A DNA stretch of 64,000 nt from Raillietiella orientalis (taxonomy: Eukaryota), in assembly GCA_036172245.1 (NCBI GenBank), contig JAYWIR010000065.1, forward strand, positions 310,001-374,000, in the 5' to 3' direction. Under the pieces are notes generated by a model, which had not been told where the DNA came from, searched no databases, and saw only the letters and a program-made list of their open reading frames with translations. Shown in pieces: positions 1 to 12,800 of the stretch (position 1 is the stretch's first letter; each line of letters opens with the position of its first letter). The translations under genes were made by a program, and so were the position numbers.

Positions 1-3000
1 CTACTTGAACATGATGCACCAGAAGATGGAGGGAAGAATTTGCCTTTTTCGAGTGACTCATAGTGGGCTGTGCAAGGAACCTCTGGTTCGTGGGGGACAA
101 AGGTGAAGCAGCGTATGGCATCTGACAAATGTCTTGATTTTAAGGGAGAATTACGAATAGTGATGGCTCCATGAAAGAACAGAACTGAGTTCGACCGTGG
201 CACGGGGCAATCGATAAAAAACAAAATCATTACCATTTTGATGATCATTACATGGAATCCACGGTTTATTGTTCCGAAAGGATTGCATATCTGCGCTCGC
301 ACCCAAGAAGAGGCTAAACTCTGTAGCGATACTCGATGAACTTCCATTAGCGATATTGATGGCATCTAGGAAGATGTCTTCCTTTGAGCTGAAACTGAAC
401 AGACTGCTAATTGGGAGAGCACTTGGCAAGTCGTGGAGAGTTACTGCTGCAGACCGGTGAAAGTGAGCTATCGGATCCTCTGCGACCACTGAAGACGGTT
501 GCTAAACTGAAAAGGAGGAAGAATTGATTCTTTCGGTTGCAATTTTCCATCTCGAATCCTCCCAGAGGGACTCGATCCCTTGAGTAAATTTGCTAACAAA
601 CAACAGGAAAAAAAAAAAAAAAAACGACAACAACTGTTCAGTGAATTCATTTCGATCACGTTGAAAAAGTTGCTGCTGCGTCACAGCAAACCACGCGCAC
701 GAGCTTTCCCCGTCTCGGTGACGATGAAGTCAGCCCATTCCCAGCAATTCAATCTGACGCAGTCTGCAGCTTGCAACTGAATGGTTTCTGAATATTCAGA
801 AATATGCTCTTGATTGGATTTGCGTATGCCATCGTCTATCTCCATAACTGCAGAAGCTGAAATCCTTTTAACAACTGAAGTTTTGGAGTGACTGTTGGGA
901 ATGCATTTTTTTTCCAAGTCCAAAGGAATGCCTTCAACGTCCACTGTCCACACTTGCTGAAGAGCTCACATTTTCGGAGAATTCCGATTGTCCGATGTCT
1001 GCTGCCTGTTCCGTTCTTCTCGAAAAGTGACAGTTGCTTTCTTTCGTTCTTTTTAACGATGTCGAGGAAGTAATACAGCCTGAACCAAAACAAACGAAAC
1101 TTCCAGTTTGGAATTGCTTACTACACGGATTTATAGAAGTTTTCGCTGAGAAGAAAGAAAATATTGGTTACGCCAATCCTATGCAATGACAGAACCATGG
1201 ACTCGATGAAATCGGAAATAGTCATTAATCGCAACTATAAAGTACACTGATATCCGTTATTGTGGTATCAACTGATTGCATGCAATTCACATCCATCCTA
1301 AGAGAAGAGGTTCCATTATAATGAACATTTTACTCGTTTGAGATTCTTTCGTCAGGTTCGAAATATTCGTGGAATGGAAGTAATTCGTCTTCTGAATTGA
1401 GTACTGTCATGAAGAGACAGTCACGAAGACGTCACCAGAGTTATTTCCCACCCCCCACACATCCACCCACTGTGCTTCTTTCTGCCTCCATTCCTTAACT
1501 CGCCCATCAGAAAATAGTGACCATAGCCGGCTCTGGGTGTTCGAATGATGCATTTCAGATGGGATCGATTCCTCCTCCCAGGAGGTTCTTTTACTTTTGC
1601 TATCCTCTGGGAAGGAAATTTTGAACGCCTTCAGCGGAAAGGCTGTCGAGAAGAATCCTATCTGGAAACAAGACCTCAGATAATCAGATTTTAAAAGGCA
1701 TGTACTTTCGCTTCGCGTGGTCGTGGAAAACGAATTGATAGAAACCGAATATGCAAGACCTAGGGGTGGGTCAGGTTGCAATTGGGAAGAACGTCATGGA
1801 TGCAGAGAAAATCTGATCTCGAAGACGCGTGTCGTGTAGCAATATGCTTTCAGAACCACAAAGCACATTCTCTAGAATTGCTTTGTAGAAGACAAACATC
1901 CTTGCTATAGTGTGACTACCAAAGATGGATGGAGGGGCCGTGTTCGGTCAAATGCTTTCATCACGAGCACTACTCACTCGAGCCGATCCACATCTCTTCG
2001 ACTGTTTAGGTTTAGTGTTTGTCACTCCAGACGAGATTGAAATCGAGGATTTCATGAACCAAAGTGATGCAAGTATCAGCTTAAGAGTCTTCACAGCATC
2101 ATGGAAATTAGCGCGCTTCTTCATCATGGAAGCATAAGTAGACATATCAGAAGAGCTACATACTTTTGTTTGCTGTTCTCAAGTAGTAAAATAGGGAAGA
2201 GGTGGGCGTGCAGGAGTGTGAAATCGATAGCGACTTTCAACGGATGGACTTAATTTGGATCAAATTCTCCATCTTATGTTACAAGTTTGAGCTGCTAAGT
2301 CATTAATTTCAAGAGAACAGTTGCCAAAAGAGAGAAGAGAGTAGTCATCTGGTGAAGAATAATAACAAGGATGGAACCGATGAACCTTTTTTCTTCAAAA
2401 TGAAATCAGTAAGGAGCAGCAAGCAAACGCTATCTGCTGGTGCGTACGTGCTTGCCAGGGGGGGAGGGGATAGGGGAAGGGAAAGAAGAGAGAAAATCGA
2501 CATAATTAGTTTTTACTCTTGGAAGAAGCTCATTAGATATAGGTATCAAGTTGTGTGGCTGTAACAGGCGATCTAAGATGGCGAATATTTTTCACGGGGA
2601 ATTTTCTGGACCTCGTTTGAGATCTCAGTTGTTGGCACGTGCTCCTCCAAAACTCAATTTCCTATCGTTATCAGTTTTCTGATCGAGTGGTTTCCTTGTG
2701 CTAAGAAGTGTGACAGCTCATTGATGCTTTATTTGTTTTTGAGATTTTGAAGAGTTCTTGCTTGCGCCGTCACAGATTCCAATGGATGGTGCAACTCCAA
2801 ATTCAAAAATCATCACTCGTTTTGGTAGAATAATGAAAGCGATACCACTCATCCTAATTAGCTGTAATCCTTTCTGATGTCACTAAAGTCGCATCCACAT
2901 GGCGTGTGACTTCACGCTCTCTTTGGTGTCCTCAAACATTAAAGTCCAAATTCTCAAGATGAAGAACTCTGACTATTATATTCTTTCCTATGAAATAAAA

Positions 3001-4171
3001 GACCCCATACACCCTTCCCGTTTGCGACACATTACCCCCAGTGGTGCTCGGAGATATTATATTCCGAAAAGACATCCAAAGAACTTTGAAGCAATTGATC
3101 AAAAGGCATTTCATCATCGTTTGTTCGAGTTTGCAGTCATTTTGCTGCGTTCTTATTTTAAATTACTCCACAGTTGTGCGATGAATTCTGAATTCCAGAG
3201 GTAGACTTCAGCAGAGACAGGTACATCGAAAACTCAGTAATCGCATCAGATGGAATGATCTCATCGTTACATGCTTTTGTGTGCATCGGATTCATTATTA
3301 CATTGCATCCCGAAATATTCCAACACGAAATCGTTCTCTGGGGGTATGAAATGGTACCGAAGACTTATGAAAGCTTCTACGGACGGTGCTTATTTAATCA
3401 AATGGTTTTCCTGATAGATTCCCATCCTCTGCTGAAGTTTTCGAGAATCAAAGACTATTGCCAGTTGCGGGCAGACTCTCCGATAATCACTCACCATGGT
3501 GATCAGTTGAACCCCAATTTTTTTTTGCATAGCTTGTTTACCGAATGGCAGAGTTGCGAAGATGGATTGCTCTTCATAAATAGGATCTATCGCTCATCAT
3601 ATCCTCTTATGGAACGCGCATCCGTTTGATTTTCCAGGCATCCCTTCAAAACAGGAGATGGGACGACCTGAAAATTTTATTTCACTTATCGAACATCATG
3701 AATCTAAGCAAGCGAGACTAGCTAACGAGACCAAGTACCATTGGCAACAAGATTTATCCGAGGCATAGTGCATACTTCGGGATCAATCCGAGAGGGCTCC
3801 TACGCGTTTCTGTAGTTTTAGATTCAGACTTCATCGATTACATTAGCAGCAGCGAAGCATGTAAAGCATGTGGTAGTTTAATTAAAGGGAATTTTGAATA
3901 AGGGGATTAACGGAATTCCGACGGAAATTAGAGAAATGGGAACAGTCTTCCTGTTCACAAGAGAAACGGATGCTGCGATGTGCTCCGCTGAAAGATGTGT
4001 GTTTGATTTTCAAAAGCAAATTTGAAGAAGTTCCATGAAAATTCCCCCATGCAAAAAACATTGCAGGTGCAAAGTGGTTCCGTTCTGCTTTTTGTTTTTG
4101 TTGATGCTGAGGTGGCTTGTTTACCTTTTCCTTTCTTTCTTTCTAATAACACACGCACAAGAAACTGTAGA

Positions 4172-4873
4172 CTTTGCAACTTTGCCCGCGTCGGAGACTT
4201 TGTGGTTAGGGCTTCCGCGCGTGGCCCCATGCGTCGTGGTTCGAATGCTCCAGCAGAAACTGACGCCACTGCGTCGTTGGGTCCCGAGTTTCTCCTGCAA
4301 CGGCACTGGTTGGCCGAGACATTCGGGCGTGGCACCGGTGGTCCGGAGGCCCAGGAATCAAGGAGTGGGGAGTTTTCCCCTCCTGTCGTGCAACGGAGAG
4401 CGTACCCCCCACACCAGGGGGATCCCTCCGGTTTCAAGATGGAGCAGGAGCCTTCACAGGCACCTCTCCAGTTGTTCAAAGGAGCGGACCCCCCTCTGTT
4501 GCAGGGAGAACCCTCCGTGTCACCGTCTCTCCAGAAGAGTGCAAGGAAGCAAGCGAGAGCGATCCCTCTGCGAGAAGCTGCAGAGCCCCTTCTGAATTTT
4601 CGGTAGCGTCCCTTCGGTTCCCTTGCGGGTTCCCTCCGGCGAAAAAATTCCTACTAGCGGATCCTTTCTGGGTTCCCTTCGGAGAAGATGAAATGGAGAG
4701 GACCACCCCCCTTCCGGGGGGTCCCTTCGGGAGAATGAGGAACGGACTCCGAACCTTCCTGTATTCATAGTGCACACACCCCTTCTGGGGTGCCCTCTAT
4801 CGTGAAGAACGCATCCTCCACGGGTGGCGTGGAGTGCCGCGAGGCACGCGAGGTACTTAGCGAACCCAAAAAA
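4172..4873 (+). mobile_element. SINE-like retroposed insert (702 bp, GC-rich, possible tRNA-derived head, short A tail)
   Basis: The direct repeat AAGAAACTGTAGA flanks it exactly (4159-4171 and 4874-4886). An A run at 4868-4875 leads into the right copy. GC content is sharply higher than in the flanks. TGGTTAG (4203) and GGTTCGAAT (4238) sit at tRNA A-box/B-box spacing, but both boxes are imperfect. Confidence 0.7.
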
Positions 4874-5210
4874 AAGAAACTGTAGAATACCTGACTGGAC
4901 CGAATCTCAGCAAGCAGGGCAAAGGTCAGTTTGAAACCGGAAAACGCTGTCATTGAGAAAACGAGTAATGGCTTTCTTTAACTCTGTTCTGTTTGATTTT
5001 TTGGTACTCTTCTGGATGAATCATTGGAAAAAAGTAAATTTGTCTCCAGAGATGAAAGCATCCCAAGTTTTGCTAAAGTTGTTATCAAATAGGGAGTTTT
5101 CCTTTACTAGCAGGGGAAGATTTCTGCTATTCCGCGTGGGAGTCTTTGTCTTTCTTGTCAAACTCACTCCGCGCTATTCATTTTGGAAAAATTTTAGAAT
5201 GTTTTTTTTT

Positions 5211-5230
5211 GTGTGTGTGTGTGTGTGTGT
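5211..5230. repeat. (GT)10 microsatellite preceded by a T run
   Basis: Read directly from the sequence. Confidence 0.95.
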
Positions 5231-5454
5231 AGTTGATTGGACTCACTGAACTTTGAATTATCGACATGCATAATCCTTTCTTCAGAAGAAAAAAAAAATT
5301 CATTGTCTTTTTGAAAATCTGCATTTGCAATTCGAAAACCATGATAGTTAAGAAAGGAGATTAGAATGGAATGCGTTAATAGGTAGTGACAGAGGGAGTC
5401 TGAGCTGGAAAAGACGAACTATACATGCATATAAAAATTACCCCAAGTTGTGAA

Positions 5455-5530
5455 AATCGTCTGGACGAGAACCCGGGACCACCGCCTCGGCAACTCTCAG
5501 CTAACTATTGAATTGGCAATCGGAGCGATA
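5455..5530 (-). mobile_element. Possible degenerate tRNA-derived SINE head
   Basis: The minus strand reads ...TCAATAGTTAG...GGTGGTCCCGGGTTCTCGTCC, resembling A and B boxes. No TSD or tail was identified. Confidence 0.3.
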
Positions 5531-5891
5531 AAGAGCAGCCGTTTGAATGATTATGCATTTCAGATGTCCCAATTATACGTGGGTTTTTATGTTGGGACTG
5601 AGTTTCCTCAACTTTCTTTCGTTCGCTTTACAGAAGGTCCTTACATTTCCGTCTTTTCCTTTCGAATGCCAAGTCACTTTTCTTGAAAAACGCACTGAAG
5701 TCGAAGGGATAATGCAGGGAGAATCTAATGGACAGTTTTCCTGGGTAACATCTCCTGCAGTTGAGAGAGCTATCGATCGCTGGGAAATTTGAAACGAGAA
5801 TGGCATTCATTTAAATGTTTAACATTTCTCAGATGCTGACAGGATTGAATGATGCCTTTTTTTTTTTTTTTTTTTTCTTTCGAAATTTTAG

Positions 5892-6052
5892 TGCTTAATG
5901 TAGTCAAGAAATCGCATCCACCAGCCAGACCTGGGATTGACTTGGGTAATATCCGTCCTTATTTCGCTCAGGTGACGGATCAAGTGTTAATCAGATCAGT
6001 AGGAGAAACGGCACACCTCATCTGCAGGATCCATAGGTTGGGTAACAAAGCG
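5892..6052 (+). CDS. Dpr-like Ig superfamily protein, internal exon (N-terminal half of Ig1)
   Basis: Poly-T tract then a TTTTAG acceptor (phase 1) and a GCG|GTAAGG donor (phase 0). Translates to ...RPYFAQVTDQVLIRSVGETAHLICRIHRLGNKA, matching the Dpr pattern PxF...VGxxAxLxCxVxxLGNKx. Confidence 0.87.
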
Positions 6053-7540
6053 GTAAGGATTATCTTTCTTATGAAGAATCGCTTCCCCATAGAAACGAAC
6101 CTGAAACTTTAATCTAGAACCAGGCACCAGATCGAGGTGAAGTTTTCAGTTCTTTCAATCTAAGCCGGATGACACTTAAAATTGCTCTCTATCAAACTTT
6201 TGGATTTATTTGGCTTCATTTGTAACTAAAATCAATCTCGGATAAATAGATTGTTTGCAAAAAAAAAAAAAGCACCTAGTGATCCTTAAATGGATTGTCT
6301 TGTTCTGCTTGGCGAAACGAGCATTTCATGCTAACCACATCCTGAGTTTCATAAATTTTGCTCCATTGACTTCACGGAAAATCCTTACATTTGCATCTCT
6401 TCCTTTTGATTGGCCGAGTCACTCCCGTTGGAATGGAATTACTCGAAGGTTTCGTGAAGGATGTTCTCTCTTGTCGGTACGTTTGAGATGTAAAAAGTGA
6501 TCCAAGCTCTTCTCTAAGTCTGAGGCTACCGATGAGTAAGGATCGAAGCTTTTGCAGCGCTCAAAGGAAACCTCTGATACGAAATTAATTCTGTGTGTTG
6601 GTAATTCTCTTCAGCCTTTCGTTCAATCATCAAACCTCTGAGCCTTTTCATCAGCATCCCACAATCGCTCATTACATTCAGTCTACCTTCGAGACCGGCA
6701 GTTCCCTTTCGTATTTTCCTTTACGTCTGTACTTCACGTCAATGTATACGCTGCATTGGAAAATTAGCCATGAATAATAACAAGTTGGCTCTTTCAGAAA
6801 CCGAACACAATGCTGAACACTCGATTCAGAAAAAGATTCACCACCGAGCGCACATTTTATTTCATTGTGGTTGGCTTTTCGTTGTTTTTTTTTTATTCTG
6901 TGACCGTTGGTATTTAACATTCATGATGCTTGAACGGCGGGAAACCCGGAAACCGATGCCGTGCCCCGTGGGCATTGGAGACGAAATTTTGGCTGCCACC
7001 GATTCGACCGCAGTCCGACCCTTACCAGCACGAAATCAAGTCGGCATGTTATGAGATTCTGTTCGATCGCCACATATTCATCACTAACACTGCAAATCTT
7101 CATGTTCTCAAGATGGCTATTTTTCAAATCGTTCTCATTCAAGCTGCACACTCGAAAAATTTGCACAACTCTTAAGTATGCAAAGGATCCCTCAAGATGA
7201 ACAATAGGATCCAATGGGCTACAGACAGATATAGTGCAGATTAGCAATACAATGGATGCAGATGCTCTCAAATGGATTCTCCTTTGAATGTGTCTAATCT
7301 GAATTCGACGATTCCGAGGCTCCGATGACTCTCCTACTTGATTCTGTGATTAACTTTATGAAGCCCCATTTCTTTTCTGTAGCAATACCCCGAGTCCATT
7401 CTCACCCAAACTCGGGGAGCTGACAGTGGATTTCTGTGGAGAAATGCGATGTAGGGCCATTTTGTCCTCTTGGAAAACAGAGAAGGGAAGAAAACTTTCG
7501 TTGGCCTGGCTCGGCAGGCTGATCGAGGAAACATGAATGC

Positions 7541-7885
7541 TCACTTGGAGGTCGCGTCGCTCCAGGCCACGACTCTCGCGCTGGATGGAGTGCTGGGTCT
7601 GTTCCGCGGCAGCAGCAGGCTCACCACCGTCTGGACCTCTCGGCTGTTGACAGTCGCGGACGCGATTCGAGAGGAAGCTTTCGGCGACGGTCATCGAGAC
7701 GTCGTTCACGAAGGCGCTCGAAGAACATCATGGCCTTGCTGTAGATGCCGGTGTTCTGGTGCACTTATTTCAATAATTTGTAGATGCAGATGGAGGCAAC
7801 TCTCTCTCCTCTTCCGTTTCTTCCTTTTTTCTCGTTTCACGTTCCCAGCTTTGCGTTGTTGCCCGTAACTCCGCTTCGGAGCCAT
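7541..7885 (-). pseudogene. H2B: Histone H2B pseudogene (full length, several frameshifts, internal stop)
   Basis: Minus-strand pieces read MAPKRS..KAG..KRKKRKRRES / SICIYKLLK*VHQNTGIYSKAMM / AFVNDV..VAE / TVNSREVQTVVSLLLP / EQTQHSI / TSK*. These are colinear with canonical H2B ([41 protein letters not shown]...[24 protein letters not shown]...SSK). Confidence 0.9.
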
Positions 7886-10800
7886 CGCATCCTTCAGTAC
7901 TTGGTTGCCTCACATCACGAGCGAGATGCAGCATGCAGCTCCCAACTCCATCCTCCCATTTACGATTACGGAACGATTAAAATCCATACCTGTAAGGTTG
8001 CGTACGTGTTTGAACAGTGCATGTATAATGGAGCAATCATGGTGAGGTATGGTGAGGCATTCTGTCTAAAATTCCAATTAGTTCTTGGATCTTTGTTTTT
8101 CCTGAGAGCACTTCACGTCACTCTGTGGTGGTCATGCCCGGCATTCTGCTGCTTACAAAGTTCGCCTTCTTTCTGATGAGAGCGACGGCTCCTCGGAGCG
8201 TGCCAAGAGGCAACGTCGCCATTCGAAGAGCCGTATCTTCAGTCTGAGGGCTCACCGGAGGGCGCCATGCATTTCCACCTTTGGTCGAACGGAGGCTTTG
8301 ATCATCTCCCTAAAACAAAATAAAAGAGGTGGCATGAAAATGAGAAACTTCGAGAACGAACCAACTGCCACAGATGAATTCGGCGCGATAAGCAGACGTA
8401 CTTCTCTGAACTACTGTAGTGAGCTACTATGCCCTCGTATCAATGAATATCGGACGCAAGGGACACGCAACTCCTTTTCATAGAGGGGAAATGAGCAGCT
8501 TTATAAAATATTCCGCAGGAAACACACTTATAGAAAATACAGCACATTCAGTAAGGAGAATCATCAACAAATCTTCGCAACCATTGGTGCACTTTCTTGA
8601 GCTCGTGTGATCTCGAAGTCAAGGCCTTGCCTCCGAAGTGATCTACTATTTAGACATGAAACGACATGAATATTTAAGAAACAGCACATTCAGGTGGTTT
8701 CTGAAATGATGAGATTCGAAATAACTTTAGCAGAAATAATTCTTGGATTCATGAAGTTTGAGAAAATTCAAAATCAAACACGGAAATAGCATAAACCAAT
8801 AACACGCGGTTGATGGGGCACCAACCAAGACTCTTAAGAATCTTTGTTTAGATCATCTTACAGAACATCCAGCATCACTACACTGAGGTCCAGAGTGACT
8901 TTGGAAAAAAAATAATTAGTTGGTTACATTGTGCTCATATTATTATGCTTATATGAAGTCATGTTTTCACGGTGGAAGATGAACTTATAGCAATGGACTG
9001 TGAAAGAAAGCATCTTGCCATGCGAGATGTTTCTTTCCGTGTGAGCTGATTAAAATATATTCAAGAAAATCGCCAATTTATAGCGTTGAAGGAGAACAAG
9101 GATTACTTCATTCCCAAAACACAAAAGGAGGATACAATCGGAGCTCAACTCTGCTGAATCTCAATTTTGCTTTCAGGAAAAAGCGCAAATGAAGTTTTTC
9201 CAGGTGAATTCGCTGAAGATGTATAAACGGTGGAAAAGACTTCGAAAGGAAGCTTTCGTAGCCGTTTGTGGAAAATCTGCATTTCATCCAAGGACCAATT
9301 CAAAGCTGGTTGTACATAGGAACGTTTTGTTTTGTTTCGTTTGCACGAGAGCAGTGTGCAAAGAGTCAGCATTTCGATAAGGACATTTTCTGTCACCAGT
9401 GTCCACCATGTTGTCGAGCACCACGGTTAAAAAGCCTTATTGGTCGTATCCTTCTGAATAGAAAAGTTCTATAATGTCCGAGGTACAGTGTCCGTAAAGA
9501 TTTGTATTCCTTTAGTCGGCGATCTTTTTCAAGATTCGGCTTTGTCACTGCAGGGAGAATCTCAGGGATAACTTGATTTGCTTGAGGTGGGAAATGTGCT
9601 TGATACATAAACGGAAGATGAGCATGAAAAACCTAGATATGCGAATGTTGGTGTAGTTGGCAACGAGCTCTGAAGATCAGAATGATGCTGTGCTGTGAGT
9701 TGCCGTGAGTGAGACGATTCAGAGTGCTGAAGAATCGTAGTGTTGATGTGAAAATTTCAAAGCTCAAGAAATTGTTATACATAGTTGCGGTACACAAATG
9801 AGGATGAAAGAGTTACCTTCGATGTAAGGAGTGCAAAGTAACATAATGACTTGATGACGTGCAAGAATGATTTGTGACAGGCAAATTCGAAACCATCACT
9901 GTTCGAGGGCTGTCACTTCGTGGGTCATCACAGTCTCAGGAATCGACTGGAGCGATGAGACAAAGAGGGAAGACTTATGCGAAATGAATGTCGTAAGCGG
10001 CGAATCAATACTGCAGGAGTCGCAGAGAGCTGCAGGAAAGCATAAAATCTGTAGGTAATCTACTGTGAACAGAAAAATCCATAAGTCATCATGTTACTGG
10101 AAGAGCATGCTCTCTGTGAGACTGGAAGTGCGAGATGACTGTGAGGCGGCAGGAATTTTAAACGAATTTCTGAACTTACCTGGAGCTTTAACAAGGCTTT
10201 TTGAAAGTGGTTGAAAGCGGCAGAGAAAAACATGAAATAATCTCACTAAATCCGTGGGTTACCTAATGCTTCTTAGTTCTTTCAATTCTGAGTTGCAAAT
10301 CTTCCTTTTGGAAGCATTTTTCATTCGTAAAAAAAAAAAAAAAATCCCGGTATCGAAAAGCTACAGCTTCTTCAATTGGAGCAATCCTTGAGTTGGTTTC
10401 ATGTCGTGATACAAACTTTGAAGATTTTTGAACTTTCACTGGTACAGGTGATGAAGACTCGGAGTTGCTGAATCGCAAGGAGAAATGATGATGCAGAAGA
10501 GATGATGCCTTTCTTCGTGAAACTGAAAACTTTCTCGTGAAATTAGTGCTTAGATTCAATCGAGAAAAGAGATTAAGAAGGACACAGAATCTGAAGCATC
10601 TGTTGCAAAAATAGGATGGCATAACTGCTGAGTAGATAATTGAAAACATTCTGAAAAGTACAAGTCGACGGACTGATTTTAAAAAATCACAAGATAATAC
10701 CATAAAAGTCTTTCCAAACTTAACAATTTTCAAAGAATTATGTCTTCATGCGCCCGAAATCGTCTCGAAGCTTCTGAGGATTGTCTGAATTCTTGGGTTC

Positions 10801-12289
10801 TCGAGTGTTCTAATGTTTTTTACCTATTTCCGGAAGCTGTCAAACAGTCTACTTCTCAAAGGAGTCCTCATGTAACGTTAGCATCGCCTATATTTCGTAG
10901 CCCGCAGTTGAAGATTCTCTCTGTCAGTCAGAAGTCGGGCAATCATCGATAGTAGGTTTCATCACTCTAGTCCGTTTTAGTCCAGGATGACGAATCCATC
11001 GTTCGGTGACCAAACCAGCACTTCTGAGGTCTCTTGCGATACTATCGCCATCTCTGTTTGAACATTCCTTTTTAGTTCTGTTCCATTTGGAGTTTCAATC
11101 TTGATCCAAAGGCTCAGCTTCTCATCAGTCTTAAAACGATACATATCCAAGTCCATATGTTTCTAAAGATTTTCGTTTAACTTAACGACACATAAAGCAC
11201 ATGCGCAACATGAATTGGCGCTGCAGGTCCTGAATGTGCCTCTGAGAATACGAAAGAAAAATTCTGGTTTGAACTCTCGGAATAAGGCTGTCAATATATA
11301 GGAAAATGATTCAAGTCATGATTGTGATTTCACCTCATTAAGATGTTCTTTGGACTCCAAGAGCACTCTGGAGTGTGTTGAAGCCTCCTATCAAAAAACC
11401 TGAATAAGATGCACATTCCAGCTCCAATATGCTGAGAAAGTCCTTTGTTCAGAAACGGAGGTGTCAGCTTGGATTTTGCTTTAGGAAGTCTGTCTATGGG
11501 TTGCTTGCTCTGAATCCCTGAGGATGGGAAATGCTTAGGAATGACAAGAAAAAAAAGCAAAAGTACCCCTTGAAAGAATGTCTATTTCTGAACTGAGTTA
11601 AAAGCCAATGGTGGAATCAATACGATGCTCTGCTCATGGATGTGCAACCTGTAGGCATTACGCTCATCGGCGGCAAGGTCTACTACAGCATCCATTTTAA
11701 ATCGTTTTCTTTCCATCCACCCTTTCCAGAAGCTGCTTGCAGCTGTTTGCAGCCATTCTATGAGGGTTCCTACGAATTCGACTGCATTCCTCAGAATTCG
11801 GGGAATGCATAAATCACGCTTCCCCAATCTCAGTAAAGTGTATTCTTTACGAATTCAGCCCGCGAACCATCATATGTTAGCATCTTATGCAAACATCTCT
11901 CTTCGAGGTGCGGTATTAACTAAAGATAAAAGAGCATCCACGAAAGAAATCCCAGCTCATGCTCACTTTCCCAGTCAGCGGTCACTCCATCGATTCTTTC
12001 ATCATGTGTGAAATATTTTTTGAAAATTCTCCATTGGTCATATCCTGAAACATCTCAAAGAATCATGTACTTGACACCGAAGACATGAATTCGTTTGGGC
12101 TTTCGAATTATCTCGACGGAAGGCAATCTCTTAAAGTGCCCAAACATCATTCGGTTCATTTGATGAAAAATGAGTGGCTTCTAAAATGCTGCTTCCTCAC
12201 AAGTGCTGTTGAATAGAAGAAAAAAAAATGAATTTGTGGAAGCGATGATATCGTTTGAAGAGAGCCACCACAACTCAAGCAGAATTATT

Positions 12290-12800
12290 AAAGCGGCAAT
12301 AGTGGGTCTGAGGATTTCTGGGGTGAGGATAATGATTGATAGTGATAAGAAGAACGAATAGGGGATCTAGTTTTTGCATGTTATAAGGATATTTGATGAT
12401 CATTATGGAGTGCTGATGATGACAGGCAAGAGTCAATAGTGGAAACGTAGTTGAATTTAAGACATATGGAAATCTAATTCTAAAGCTGCGATCAGGGAAA
12501 TGGGTGGGGACAGCAGAGATGGGAATAAGTCAGAGAAGATGAAGACAAAGGGCAAAAATGGATGATGATACCATTTCGTGAGAAAATATTTTAGAATGGA
12601 CAGAGGATGGGGAGAATGGGGAGGAGACAATAGTGCATATGGAGATTAGGTCGGCTTGCAATCAGGTTCAGAGTATGGATCGCATTTGTAGATATGATTA
12701 ATGCATTAAAAAGGCTTAGGGTATGAACCGAAATGTTGAAGGTGGGAATGGAATAGGATGGATCAAAGAGACGAATCATAAATGAGGATCTTAACTTAGA
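12290..12800 (-). mobile_element. Possible highly decayed LINE apurinic-endonuclease fragment
   Basis: Strong strand skew (+ strand G/A-rich). Minus-strand fragments SRNGIII, PTHFPDR and STIDSCLSS occur in the order expected for APE-type endonuclease motifs, but in different frames. Confidence 0.3.

Noticed and set aside
3955..4777. Overlapping 60-190 aa ORFs on both strands
   Set aside because: Explained by the GC-rich, stop-poor TSD-flanked insert. No recognisable domain.
4777..4789. 12/13 match (CACCCCTTCTGGG) to the family 2 LINE terminal hairpin at 37638-37650 as evidence of a SINE-LINE pair
   Set aside because: Too short, and not at the insert's 3' terminus.
4780..4870. HDV-like ribozyme at the insert 3' end (GCGAA followed by CCC)
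   Set aside because: I could not build consistent P1, P3 and L3 elements.
7440..7540. Histone 3' stem-loop downstream of the H2B pseudogene
   Set aside because: Only partial matches, with no GGCYCTTTTCAGRGCC-type element.
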